From Octopus vulgaris (Eukaryota): a stretch of 64,000 nucleotides of DNA. A model generated the notes under the pieces. It worked only from the letters and a program-made list of their open reading frames with translations. It was not told where the DNA came from and did not search any database. The first letter of the stretch is position 1. Each line of letters starts with the position of its first letter. Both the position numbers and the translations under genes were made by a program. Shown in pieces: positions 14,250 through 27,994 of the stretch. The stretch spans positions 42,594,001 through 42,658,000 of the forward strand of contig OX597831.1 of assembly GCA_951406725.2 (NCBI GenBank). The letters run 5' to 3'.

Positions 14250-14675
14250 TTACTCTTTTACATGTTTCAGTCATTTGACTGTGGCCATGCTGGAGCACTG
14301 CCTTTAGTCGAGCAAATCGACCCCCAAGTCTTATTCTTTGTAAGCCTAGTACTTATTCTATCGGTCTCTTTTGCCGAACCGCTAAGTTACAGGGACGTAA
14401 ATACACCAGCATCGGTTGTCAATCGATGTTGGGGGGGACAAACACAAACACACAAACTTATACACACACATACATATATATATACATATATACGAGAGGC
14501 TTCTTTCAGTTTCTGTCTACCAAATCCACTCACAAGGCTCGAGGCTATGATAAAAGGCACTTACCCAAGGTGCCATGCAGTGGGACTGAACCCGGAACCA
14601 TGTGGTTCATAAGCAAGCTACTTACCACACAGCCACTTCTACACCTAGCTACTTACCACACAGCCACTCCTATGC
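14250..14675 (-). mobile_element. SINE family A
   Basis: Reverse complement of family A with a short tandem duplication of the head. Confidence 0.9.
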
Positions 14676-14699
14676 CTAATGGGGAATTTTGTGAAATAG

Positions 14700-15061
14700 C
14701 ATTGTTGTTATTAATCTGTTGTTTAATTAACATGAAATTTTGACAGAAGGTTTCAATTTCAATCACTTTAAAACAGAAAGTGTTCATCATAGAATTAGGG
14801 GCAATTTTAAGAGGGTTGGTATCAAAAGTGTTAGCCCTTTTGTTATCATATTTCTGTTCAATTATTCTGTCATTGTTACAATTTAGTTTTGAAAAGAATG
14901 AAGAATTTAATAAAATAACTTCGTCATAATTAATCTAGTGTTTTGAACATGAATTAACATGAAATTTTGATGAAGGCTTTCAATTTTGATCACTTCAAGA
15001 CAAGAAATTTGTATCATAAAACCAAGGGTGGTCTCAGGTGGATTAGTATGAAAAGAATTAA
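14700..15061. mobile_element. Tandem piggyBac-like MITE copies
   Basis: TTAACATGAAATTTTGA block at about 14727 and about 14954; decayed TTAA-CCCTTT...AAAGGG-TTAA-like ends. Confidence 0.45.
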
Positions 15062-15532
15062 AGCCGATCTATTAGATTTATTTATTATTTATAGAATATC
15101 TTTACTTTTTTTTTCCAACTGTTATTCTGTTATTGCCGAAATTCCACCTCAAGACTTTTCTTCTTGTTGTTGTTGCAGTAGCTTTGCATTTTCTTTATTG
15201 TAACCTTGACTGAGTCTTTCATTGTATGCTAATGATAATTATTATTTAAATGCAATTTCTAAATGATAAAATTACAAAATTGCAGAAATATAATTGCTGA
15301 AACTATAGCAGGTGGTTTTAAAGAAAAAAATGTACCTTTTGGCTTTGCAGCAAGAATTTGTATTCGTTAAGAGGTCTTTTATTTTAAAACTTTTATATTT
15401 GACTCATTATAGTGCCTGAAATTAAGACCACTGCCTTAATGTTGCGTTACAAAGGAAAAATAAAACAAAAATACAACTATGAGTAGCATGTTCTCTGCAT
15501 AACTTAATCTCACAGACAAGACATATAGAATA

Positions 15533-15564
<32 letters not shown>

Positions 15565-15790
15565 GGGGAGAATTCACAAAAAAAAACAAAGGATGAAGAC
15601 AGGTGGTGTAGACAACAAACATGTATTAGTATAATGCTTGGGAAGTGAAAAAGTCTTTAATGTTTCGAGCCTACGCTCTTCCACGGAAAGGAACACAGAA
15701 AGAAACAAGGAGAGAAAATAAAGAATGTGTAGTAGCTAGCGATCTATCATGGCAAATGCTGGACAGAAGGGTTACACAGGAGAACTAAGG
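15565..15790 (-). mobile_element. Penelope-like element end with a hammerhead-like remnant
   Basis: Same family as 1-80; minus strand CTTT-ccgtggaa-GAGC gtag GCTC-GAAA-cat-ta-AAGA at about 15654-15690. Confidence 0.45.
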
Positions 15791-15929
15791 AGGAGGGGAA
15801 ATAACAAAGTGGTGGTGAACCCTAAACAAAGGTGTGCATACATATGTATAAGATCTTGACGTGTGCATGTGTGTATGTGTAGGTGTGAAAATGTGGGTCT
15901 GGGAAGTGGTCAGTGCTGATGTGTGCATG

Positions 15930-15974
<45 letters not shown>

Positions 15975-16344
15975 CACAGACGAGATACAGTGATTCTCTG
16001 TATAGAAGACACTTAGTCTTCTATACAGACTAGTAGTGCTTGAAAGATTCAAACTTGGACTCTGGTGTGTTTACAGGGAATTGGATTTGCAAGGAAAAGA
16101 ATGGCAGTAGGAGGGATCAGGTTGAACGGATATAGAGGCAGTTATGTGGATAAACAAATTAGACACTTAAATGTATCTAATTTGGTTATCCACATAATTG
16201 CCTCTCTCTCTCTCACTCTATGTATGTATGTATGTATGTATGTATGTATGTATGTATGTATGTATGTATGTATGTATGTATGTATGTATGTATGTATGTA
16301 TGTATGTATATGTACATGTATATATATATATGTAAATACATGCA

Positions 16345-17606
16345 CAAGGGGTGTTCATTAAAGATTTCCCCCGACACACTTCCATGGACTGGGATAAACG
16401 AAACTTGGTGAAATTATTAGTCCTTCTCTACATGGCCACCAACAATGGTGACACACTTCTCGCATTGCTTTATGCAGCTGTGAAGACCTTGTCTGTAGAA
16501 GTTGGTTAGTTTGTGTCTGGAGCCATGACTTTACCTCAGAAATAAGTTCATCATCATCCGAAAAGTGCTTCCCCTTCAAAAAAGACTTTATGGTTGGAAA
16601 GAGGTGGAAGTCAGATGGTGCAAAGTTAGGAGAGGAAGGGGGATGAGGAAGGATCCCATTGCTGCAGGAGTGTGCTTTCATCTGGGCAACATGTGCATTG
16701 TGAACTGGGGCGTTGTCTTGGAGGGGGTAGACTCCTTTGATCAGCATGCCATGCCTCTCTGCTTTGATGTCATCCCACAATTTCTGCAGCAGAGAAGCAT
16801 AATCTGCCCCATTAATTGTGGTGCCCCTTGCCAGAAAATCTATCATCACTACTCTGTGCTGGTCTGAAAAGACTGTGAGCATCACCTTGCCTGCTGAGGG
16901 ATGGACACAAGCCTTATTTGGAGGTGATGAGTTATAATGTTTCCATTGCTTCATATGGACTTTAGTCTCAGGATCGTAGTGATGGATCCATGTTTTATTG
17001 TGTGTGATAAGTCTGTCAAAAAAGTCCTCCTTGTTTTCTTGGCACAATGCCAAAAGAGCCTGGGAGCAATTGACTCATTCCTGCTTCTGAAAAGGTGTGA
17101 GCATTTGGGGAATCCATCATGCAGACAACTTCCACAAGTGCAAATGGTCATGAATGATTTTTTTCCATGACCCTAAACTTATCTTTACTTCTTGGGCTAA
17201 TTGCTGAATAGTTATGTGGTGATCCTCCAAAATAGTGGCTTCCATTTTATGGATGGTGTTGTCATCAATGGTGGAATGTAGTCATCCAGGAATAGGAGCA
17301 GTTTCCACCAATGCCTGACTACATTTGAACTGGTGCATGGTCACCATAAACTTTTTTCATCTCATCAATAGTCTCTTTCAATGTACAACCTTACAAGTAT
17401 TAGAACCTGATCACTGATCTGCATTCAACTGCTGCCATTATAACACCTTAGTTCACTTTAGCAGTCGTAAAAGACAAACAAGTACTAATGGAAAGCTGAA
17501 ATTTGCAATATGACATGTAGAGACATGTATGATTATACCTGTACAAGTTCCATTTCCTGCAGTAACCAGAAATGGGTCAGGGGAAATCTTTAACGAACAC
17601 CCCTCG
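16345..17606 (-). mobile_element. Near full-length mariner (DD34D) transposon
   Basis: TIRs CAAGGGGTGTTCATTAAAGATTTCCCC / GGGGAAATCTTTAACGAACACCCCTCG, 1.26 kb, transposase inside. Confidence 0.95.
16358..17390 (-). pseudogene. mariner transposase pseudogene
   Basis: WIPQML, ITHNKTWIHHYDPETK, SAGKVMLTVF, QDNAPVH, HPPSSPNFAPSDFHLF; D(34)D spacing counted; first catalytic D changed to N; N-terminus broken. Confidence 0.95.
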
Positions 17607-17650
17607 CATGCTTGCGTGCGTGTGTGTGTGTGTATGTATGTATATATGTA

Positions 17651-17905
17651 AGGGCTCATGGCCTAGTGGTTACGGTGCTGCACTCATGACTGTGAGATCA
17701 TGGTTTCAATCCCTAGCCTGCATGGTTTATTGTGTTCTTGAGCAAAACAATTCATTTGACATTACTCTGAAATCACTTTGACACCTGGCGCATGGTACAC
17801 ACTGCACCTGTTCAGGTAACTTCGATTTGATTGAGGGAGTGAGCTAATGTGCAGCACAAGAATTTGATCACTATAAACAGATCATTTGTGCAGGTCATTT
17901 GGCAA
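17651..17905 (+). mobile_element. SINE family D
   Basis: TGGCCTAGTGGTTA head, GGTTTCAATCC B-box, TTGTGTTCTTGAGCAA core. Confidence 0.75.
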
Positions 17906-17996
17906 AAAGCTAAACATTTATACTTCTTCTTTGATGGGAGAGTCCATCATATATGAACATATATATATATGTACATATATATATATATATATGTAC

Positions 17997-18061
<65 letters not shown>

Positions 18062-18328
18062 TATATACATATATACATATATATGGTCAAACAGACACTC
18101 CAATGCTGTTGGTGTTGTTCTGCATTGGCAAAACTTATATTATGTAGTAAAATCAATAAAATCTGTACAATGAACTTGCTGTGAAGAGTGGGAAATCCAA
18201 CATATTGGACACATTCCTACTTCAGGGTAAATGCTAATGAAAGCCAGCAGAGTTTTATATAGTCTTTAAAGAAAACAGTCTGTAACTGATTAGGAATGTA
18301 AGACCATGTGAGCTTCATATGTGAACAA

Positions 18329-18647
18329 GGGTGGTTAGAGTGTTGGGTTCTCAATCATGAGGTAGTGAGTTCAATTCCTGGACCAAGCGGTGTGTTGTGT
18401 TCTTGAGCAAGTTACTTTATTTCATGTTGCTCCAGTTCACTCAGCTGTAGAAATGAGTTCTGACTTCACTGGTGCCAAGCTGTATCAATCTTTGCCTTTC
18501 CCTTGGATAACATTGGTGACATTAAGAGGGGAGACTGGTATGTATGGGTGACCGCTTGTCTTCCATAAACAACCTTGCCTGGTCTTGTGCCTTGGAGGGT
18601 AACTGTCTAGGTGCAAACACCCATGGTCATTCATGACTGAAAGGAGT

Positions 18648-18650
<3 letters not shown>
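18329..18650 (+). mobile_element. SINE family D
   Basis: GTGGTTAGAGTG, GAGTTCAATTCC, TTGTGTTCTTGAGCAAG; homologous to 48833-49150. Confidence 0.8.
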
Positions 18651-18685
<35 letters not shown>

Positions 18686-18871
18686 CATGTAGGTATGTAT
18701 ATAAACATACAATGAGCTTCTTCCAATTTCTGTCTACTAAATGCACACTGAAGACTCTGATTGGCCAAGGATTTTTGTAGGAGACACTTTCCCAAGGCAC
18801 CATGCACTGGAAGTGAACCTGACATCACATGGTTAGGAAGTAAATTTCTCAGCCACACAGCCACATTACAT

Positions 18872-18906
<35 letters not shown>

Positions 18907-19635
18907 TATACATACATACATACACACATACATACATGCATGCATACATACACACACACACATACATACATACATACATACATAACACATACATACATAC
19001 ATACATACATACATGCATACATACATACACACACATACATACATACATACATACATAACACATACATACATACATAACACATACATACATACATAACACA
19101 TACATACATACATATGCACACACATATACATCCATGCATACATGCATGCATACATACACACACACATACATACATACATACATACATACATACATACATA
19201 CATACATACATACATACATACATGCATGCATAATGTTGCTGCTGTTGCCATAGACCATAAACTACATAGCATGATATACTCATTTTAGTGCTTAATGTGG
19301 TTTTCTCATCCTGGTCAGCTCTGATTGTGTAGATCTATGGGCCAGAATGAACGACTCACCTCTGTCCAGCTTGTCATTTTCGTTTATCTGATTGAATTAT
19401 CGAATCTGCTCTTCATATATTTATCATACACTGTGATTTGATGGAGTTTAGACTGCTATTTCTGTCAGGTAGTCTAACTGTGTAGAAAACGAATATAATG
19501 TCTATGATGCGTGTGAAAGAAATGTTATACTGCAGCAGTGAATTCTCAACTAGCCAATTATTTTGATGAAAATCCTACATCATTAGAGACACACATAATA
19601 CATATACAATTATATATTGGCATATGTATATTTGT

Positions 19636-19712
19636 CCAATTCTGATGAGCGCAGTTATTAGATAATTATCTGATTACCTGATACCCTGTGTGAAATCAAT
19701 TGATAAGATTGG
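19636..19712 (+). ncRNA. Type I hammerhead ribozyme, canonical core
   Basis: CCAATT-CTGATGA-GCGCAG...CTGTGT-GAAA-TCAATTGA-TA-AGATTGG; palindromic stem III; (TA)n about 45 nt downstream. Confidence 0.75.
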
Positions 19713-19751
19713 CTGTAATGGATCGGCAATATTCTACACTTTATTACATCC

Positions 19752-19796
<45 letters not shown>

Positions 19797-20105
19797 ACAT
19801 GTAGCCATTTGTATATAGAAATACAATATATCTGTATATATTATTACTATATATTTATATCTAGTCATCTATTTATCTACCTAAATATATGTATAGAAAC
19901 AAGTTTTCAATGTTTATGTTGTATTATATAAATAAATAAATAAATAAATAAATAAATATATATATATATATTTATATATATATATATATATGTGTGTGTA
20001 TATGTGTGTATAATTGTGTGCGTGTATATGAATTTTGCATTATTCTATATGTATATCTTTACACATACACTGATACATACATACACATGTATATATTTAT
20101 ATATA

Positions 20106-20141
<36 letters not shown>

Positions 20142-20255
20142 TGCATGTATGCATGTATATATAGATATAGATATGTGTATACATATATATATATATATAT
20201 GTATGTATGTATATACATATATATACATACATATATACATACATACACACATGCA

Positions 20256-20307
<52 letters not shown>

Positions 20308-21010
20308 TGAATAAGCTCTTACAAGAGTAACTTGAACTTCCATTCAACCTAATATATATAATAAATTTAACTTCACAAAACATTGAATTTTTTCATCAGT
20401 GAATATCTGTTTCTTTATAATTCCACAATTTAACAGTCATAACATTGACGCTTATACATATATAGATCCATTCATACATAAATACATACATATCTACAAT
20501 CATGCATATATACATACATGCATGTATATGTATGTTTGTGTGTGTGCATGTCTACATGTGTGTATCCATTTAATTTTTAAGAAATTTAGATTTCAGAATT
20601 GTTTCCCTTGCATCTCTTGATTAAAATTTTTGTTAACACTTATTAACATTTCTGTTCATAATGGATGATTATTTCAATTGATCAAATAACCTTTTTTGTG
20701 AAGACTATAATGATTAAGTTAGCCTGCCCTTAACAATGCAGGCTGTGTGATTTCAGATATGAAATTGTCATGAACAAACTAATACCGCCTCCGGAGATAT
20801 ATCATATTATATGATATCATATTATATTGTATTATTTTATTTTTTATTATATTATACATACACATTTAATACACCATACAATATATCATATCATTTGCCA
20901 GCCAAATACAATACCCGTATACATACATACATACATACATACATACATACATACATACATACATACATACATACATACATACATACATACATACATACAT
21001 ACGTACGTAC

Positions 21011-21068
<58 letters not shown>

Positions 21069-21170
21069 CTTAATGATGTAAAGGTAAGAGCTACTGTATA
21101 TATTAAAACATTAAATGATGTTTGTCTCTCACTGGATTGAGTACTATTTTTCGTTGATCTTATCTTAATG

Positions 21171-21213
<43 letters not shown>

Positions 21214-21736
21214 TATATATACACACAAAGGCATATATCATATGCACATGAATACAGCATGCACAAACATACACTCCCAATTTTTTTATTCATAGATCTT
21301 ATTGTTCTGACAGATTTATTTAACAATTTATTTAACAAAAAAAAAAAAAAGTAAGAGACACTGCTCCCATGGTGTTTTACCATCATTGTACTGGTGCTGG
21401 GTGAGGTTATTTAGCTGGATTCAGACACCCAAAGCTCCCAAAATCTTTTAAAGATCATTTACCATTCTTTGAAAATAAAATAATATGTTAACATTTTTTG
21501 ATTTTTTATTTCTTTGTAATCTAGTTGTCTCCTTCCCTTTTGCCTCCAGCCTTGGAGTGGATCTTTCTTAACCTTTGCTTTCATTACAAATCAGTTACTG
21601 AAATAATAAACATTCCTATTGTTTACATATTGTTGTTGTTGTTGTTATTACATTGGTGTTGTTCTGATTGTCCATGTTTGCAGTTCAAATCCTGCCAAAG
21701 TTAACCTTCCCTTTCGTCCCTTGACTTTGCTTTAGC

Positions 21737-21960
21737 TTAAGCCCTTCACTCCATATGTAGCATAGGCCATCAATGACTTTTCTCCACTGTTCTCAACTTG
21801 GGTTGTCTTCAGAGCCACTGCCTCAGTATGGTGGGTGGACACTCACCAAAGAGAATCTCTCCTGTTCCAGATCATGTCTTGGTTTTGAATTGATGTTGAC
21901 ATTTCTATAAGTTTGCTTTTTTTGCTAAGTAAGGATGTTGGCTCTACACAAACCCATTTT
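21737..21960 (-). mobile_element. RTE-like LINE 3' end
   Basis: QWRKVIDGLC..WSEGL on the minus strand; same end occurs at 14197-14250. Confidence 0.55.
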
Positions 21961-22289
21961 TACCTTTGGGAAGAGGTGGTCTATATTAGTCTGGTCTCTA
22001 TCCTTTGACCTATCCAGCTTGGATGAGACCTTATTAGGAGCTTACATTCCTTTTGTGACTGATCAAAAGATAACTGCCCAAGATGGTGGCTTGGCATATC
22101 TATTAGAATATCAGACAGGATACCTTGTGGTATTTGTTCTGTTTCTTTGTATTTTGTTATGAATCGCTGTAACGACACTGGTCCTAAACTGTCTGGGCCT
22201 TAATGCAATGTTCTTTCATTAGCAAATGGTTCTTGCTACTTCAACCATACCAGTCTCTGGATAACAAGGTATCGATTTGTCTTTGCTTG

Positions 22290-23640
22290 CTGTTTTAAAT
22301 TGGTGCCTGGAACTTAGAATTTATTGAAAAACTAGCAATTACTACTAGCAAAACCAGACAAAATACGATTAACAGGCAAAATACATTGGGAAATAAATCA
22401 CTATTCATACACTTACAATCTCAAAACTATGCACCTTGGCTTCTCAAATGATCTGCAGCAAACGAATAACAATAGGAAAACTGTGGTTATAACTATGTGC
22501 AGCCTGTTGATTGCACATAAATGTAGCAGCACAAGTGACTAAGCGTGTTGCTGGCAGAAGAACTGTACTTTCTCCTAGCAAGGCAGACCTCCCAAAGAAC
22601 CTCATCTGCATTGTGTTAGCACTTTTGTCAGAAGCTTTCTGCTCACAATAGTTTTTTCTTCCAAGGGTGCAGAGAGCCTCAACCTTTCAAAGTTCTCTGG
22701 CAAAATAAACATTATTACTAACTACACTTCAACATTGTTTTTATCTGAAGGAAAGAATCCACAGAGGGTGTCAATGCTAAAGTCAGCAAGATATGAAAAC
22801 CATTTGATTGCATGGTTTCAATGCTTGGGAAGGACTGGACTAAAGTGGCAGACACTTTGGCCCTTTGGCATTGACATGAAAATGGCACAAGACAGTCAGA
22901 GTTCTGCCTCCTACCACAAACTATGCACTACCTATATATTCTTCGAGACAAAACCTTATTATTCAGTGTCCTGGACAAAACCTCACCATTTAGTGTCCTG
23001 ATGAGGTATAACATAGGCATTACGGTATGACACAGGCATCAACTGGACATGATGATCATCACTAAGAGAGATGCTCTTAAGAGTGAGTACCTCAACGGTA
23101 GATGCCAGCTGCGATATGGATCGTTCCATGGCATGTAGCAAAGTCTAGTCAAATTCAAGAAGAGCCATCACAGTGAGCAGAGAAATCTCACATATAACGA
23201 CACCACAAGGGTAGCAAACACAGATTTCTGCATAGAACTCAGCAATCAAATAGAATGAGACTTTAAAGATGCAACCACACCAACAGAGAAAGGTGGCAGT
23301 TTATCTGTGGCACCATTCACAACACTATCATATCATTCCTTAGAATGTAACAGAAAGAAGACGAGAAATGAAGATTGGTTTGAATCTAATGTGTCTGAGG
23401 TGGAGCCTGTTATCACCACCAAGAGAGAAGCTCTAAATGAACCATTCTTTACTGAGAACATTAGAAAGCAATGTCTGAAGAATATTCAGCCTTGTGCTAG
23501 CAGTGATAAAGTACATGGCATGTATTAGATGATGAAAAAAAACAAAATTCACTGCAGAAGAAATAATGCAGGTACCAAAATGTGAAGACCTCACAATGAA
23601 GAGCGTGTGAATTGATTGAATAGGGCAAAGTAGAAATAGT
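22290..23640 (+). mobile_element. Highly decayed RTE-like LINE, apurinic endonuclease region
   Basis: Remnants IGAWN, YHKLCTTYIFFETKPYYSVSW, HQLD, DWFESN across frameshifts. Confidence 0.6.
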
Positions 23641-24317
23641 CAAGAATGATAAGGATTCAAAGATTAATACAAATATGGATTGCAAAATGAAGCAAAATTT
23701 CATTTACTTCATCACATGTTCACTATGCAGTGAAAATTATATTGGTCACTATGCAGTGAAAATTATATTGGTCAAACAGGATCAAAATTAAGAGTGGATT
23801 AGGATGCATAAGCAATAAATAAAAAATCCATCTGTTAGAGATGTTTCATATACTGAATATCTAGACATTTGTGTGAATGGAATATTTAGAATAGTCACTT
23901 TTCCAAAAGGAAGGCAAAAAAAAAAAAGTACATAATAATTCTAAATCTGAAACTAAACTGAAGTAGTGAACGCTGATACTAAAAACAATTACTTCAATAC
24001 GAGTTACCTTAAAACAAAAGTATTCGAAAAGCTGAAAACTGTGAAAAGCTCTTACACAAAAGCTTCCTTTCTTTAGGTGTGTGTTAATCTATTTTCCTAA
24101 GTCTCTTTTAGTATAGTTAATTATTAAGTTAAGAAAATATTTTTTTAAATATATATATATATATAAGTAATGTTCGTAGCCATTTCAACATGATTGTCCA
24201 TTCGAGCAGACCTTATTGTGATTTTTTAACCCCAAGAGGACATCTCCAGCTGGTTAACGATGCACAGCTGCATCCGAGATATTGCAAGCTGGGGAGCGAA
24301 CCTCAACCACTTTCTAG

Positions 24318-24365
24318 CAGCAGACCAGCCTGGTTTCAGGCTATTTCTGCATCTCTTCAGTATTG
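24318..24365 (-). ncRNA. Type I hammerhead motif (left arm)
   Basis: Minus strand CAATA-CTGAAGA-g-ATGC agaaata GCCT-GAAA-CCA ggc TGG-TC-TGCTG. Confidence 0.65.
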
Positions 24366-24595
24366 GACACCTCATCTGCTAGAGATGGCAGTTGCTCGCT
24401 TCTGCTTGCAATATATATATAATTTCAAACAATATACAGTCACTGATTTTGCAACAAGCAGCAATGCTAGTTCTAAAATCTTTGAAGCCACTTCAACATA
24501 TCTGTCCATTTAAATGGACCTTACAGTGATTTTTTTCAACCCCAAGAGAACATCTCCTCTAGCTGGTTAACAATGCACAGCTGCATTGAGGTGTC

Positions 24596-24644
24596 CAGTA
24601 TTGAAGAGGGGCAGAAATAGCTTGAAACCAAGCTGGTCTGCTAG
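24596..24644 (+). ncRNA. Type I hammerhead motif (right arm)
   Basis: CAGTA-TTGAAGA-g-GGGC agaaata GCTT-GAAA-CCA agc TGG-TC-TGCT; GUC site ends at 24638. Confidence 0.6.
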
Positions 24645-24859
24645 TCCCATTGCTAGATGTTAGGAGTTCACTCCCCTGATCGCAGTATTTTGGATGCAGC
24701 TATGCATCATCAACCAGTTAGAGGTGATGTCCTCTTGGGGTTAAAAAATCGCAGTAAAGTCCATTCAAATGGACAATCATGTTGAAATGGCTACGAATAT
24801 TACTTGTTAGTACAACTATTGCGTTGATCTCTTAGAGAGAATTTAGATCTAGCATTTTT

Positions 24860-24889
<30 letters not shown>

Positions 24890-24894
<5 letters not shown>

Positions 24895-25417
24895 TAGTTA
24901 TCGCCATACTTATATGGCAGTCTTATAAATATAAGACTAAAGCTGTCACTGATTAGCTCCAAGAGACCACCACCTCAAGCTAGCTATTTGACACACAACC
25001 TGCGTCCATTATAAACTTGCGAACAGGGGAGGTCAGCCGCTTCATCCTGCCAGTCAGACAGCTGCAGACATGTTTCAGGGTATTTGCCCTTTATCAATGC
25101 AGCGTAGTCAGACCCAGCAGGTGTCGCTACTGACTGTCCCTGTTCGAAGAATCTATTTACCTAGTTTCAGTGGAATACATCCACTTGTTTTCAATAATAG
25201 AAATATTAAAATTACTAAGTATCTCTAAGGTTTATAATGGACACAGGTTGTGTGTCAAATAGCTAGCTTGAGGCGGTGACCTCTTGGAGCTAATCAGCGA
25301 CAGCTTTAGTCTTATATTTATAAGACTGCCATATAAGTATGGCGATAACTATTAATTTCCAGTAACGCTGCTGTAATCTCCTTTAGAGAGACATAGTAAT
25401 TTTAATATTTCTATTAT
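24890..25417. mobile_element. Element with interleaved inverted repeats A-x-B-A'-y-B' and an internal hammerhead
   Basis: A 24890-25016 vs A' 25230-25356 nearly perfect; B 25194-25230 vs B' 25381-25417; TA-rich tracts on both sides. Confidence 0.85.
25061..25103 (-). ncRNA. Minimal type I hammerhead ribozyme, U3-A8 core variant
   Basis: GCTGCA-TTGATAA-AGGG caaata CCCT-GAAA-CATG-TC-TGCAGC; 6-bp stem I, 4-bp stem II, palindromic stem III, GUC site. Confidence 0.8.
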
Positions 25418-25692
25418 ATATATATACATATACATATATATATACAACTATGATGTTGTTGGTAAAACATGTTCTTTGTCTATCTCCTTTATCCTCTTGG
25501 AGATTTTGGGTAAAATTATACTAATGTGACATTCTAATTTAATTAAATTCTATGTCTTTATGCAGCTGAAGATTACTCTACATTTTAAATTGATGTAATG
25601 AAATGATTGCATTGTTCAATTAAATGGAGTCGCATGAAATTACTGCATTACTTCCGGATATCCTTGTTGCTTATTTTGATTATATATATATA

Positions 25693-26489
<797 letters not shown>

Positions 26490-27409
26490 TATATATATAT
26501 GTATATATATGTATATATATGCATGTGTGTGTGTGTGTGCTTGCTTCCAAAAAGGAAGACAGTTACTTAGAGCAAGCTAGGGTACCCCACAAATCTCTAA
26601 ACATCATTCAACGGTGAGACAGTTCCTCAGCTGTTATGATTGCGTTTATTACAAACAAGGGTAACGGAATGACAGTTGGCTATTAGGAGACTTGATGAAA
26701 TTATTTCAAATATGACATGTTAAGATGCAGCTGATTGAAGTGGGTGGCGTGTGGTGGTTGTGGTGGTGGTGGTGGTGGTGGAGTAATATTGATCATAGGA
26801 GGGGGGGTTGTGGTGGTAATGTAATAGAAGTATAATCGGTTGCCATGGAGATCAACTATGAAAGATAAAACATAGCACAGATGATATTTTACTCTTTTAT
26901 TTATTTATTTATTTAATGATTTGTTTTATTTATTATTTAGTTATGTTTCCTTGTTTTCAATAACCATCTTGATTTTTTTATCTTTCTTTGTCCATTTTCT
27001 TTCAATAATTTTCTTTATCTCCAGCCTCATCTCGTCTTTCTCCTTTTCTTTCTCTTGCTCTTTCTTTCTCTATCTCTCTCTTTCTCTTTTCTTGCCTATA
27101 TCTATCTTTCTGTTCATTCTGTGTCATGCTTCTCTCTATCAATCCTTTTTTTCTATATCTCTCTCATGCACAAAGGTGCACATATACAGATTCATCCATA
27201 TAACACATGCTAACACACATGCACACACACACAAACAACTATACATACATAGATACAAATACAGTAGACACACACATACATATGTATACACACACACATA
27301 TACATATACATATACATACATAAATATGAATCAATATCTATATAGCTCTCCTTTGCTCTCTCATTCTCTCTCTCTCTTTCTACACACACACACACACACA
27401 CACACATTC

Positions 27410-27558
<149 letters not shown>

Positions 27559-27911
27559 ATATGTACAGATATATGTACATATAAGTATACATTTGTTTGA
27601 ATAGACATTGATATATTTATATATGTGCAAACATATATTCAACACACGCATACCCACACATATTACATACATAAATACACATATGCATATACATATATAC
27701 ATATACATACACTGTGTTCAACGTTTTTTTGATGTCCTGTATCCATATATGCATGTATATATACATATATATGTAGGTATGTACATATATGTATGTATAT
27801 ATGCATATATTTATATATTATTTATATTATTACATATTCTACCTTTCTATCTCAGTCTCTCTCAGTATAAATATATGCATACATATATATATATATATAT
27901 ATAGACACACA

Positions 27912-27994
<83 letters not shown>

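Larger units (their letters stand above)
24165..24805. mobile_element. Fold-back element with about 210-bp inverted arms, each carrying a hammerhead motif
   Basis: AAGTAATGTTCGTAGCCATTTCAACATGATTGTCCATT at left is the near reverse complement of the right end; internal partial direct repeat about 24503-24586. Confidence 0.85.
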
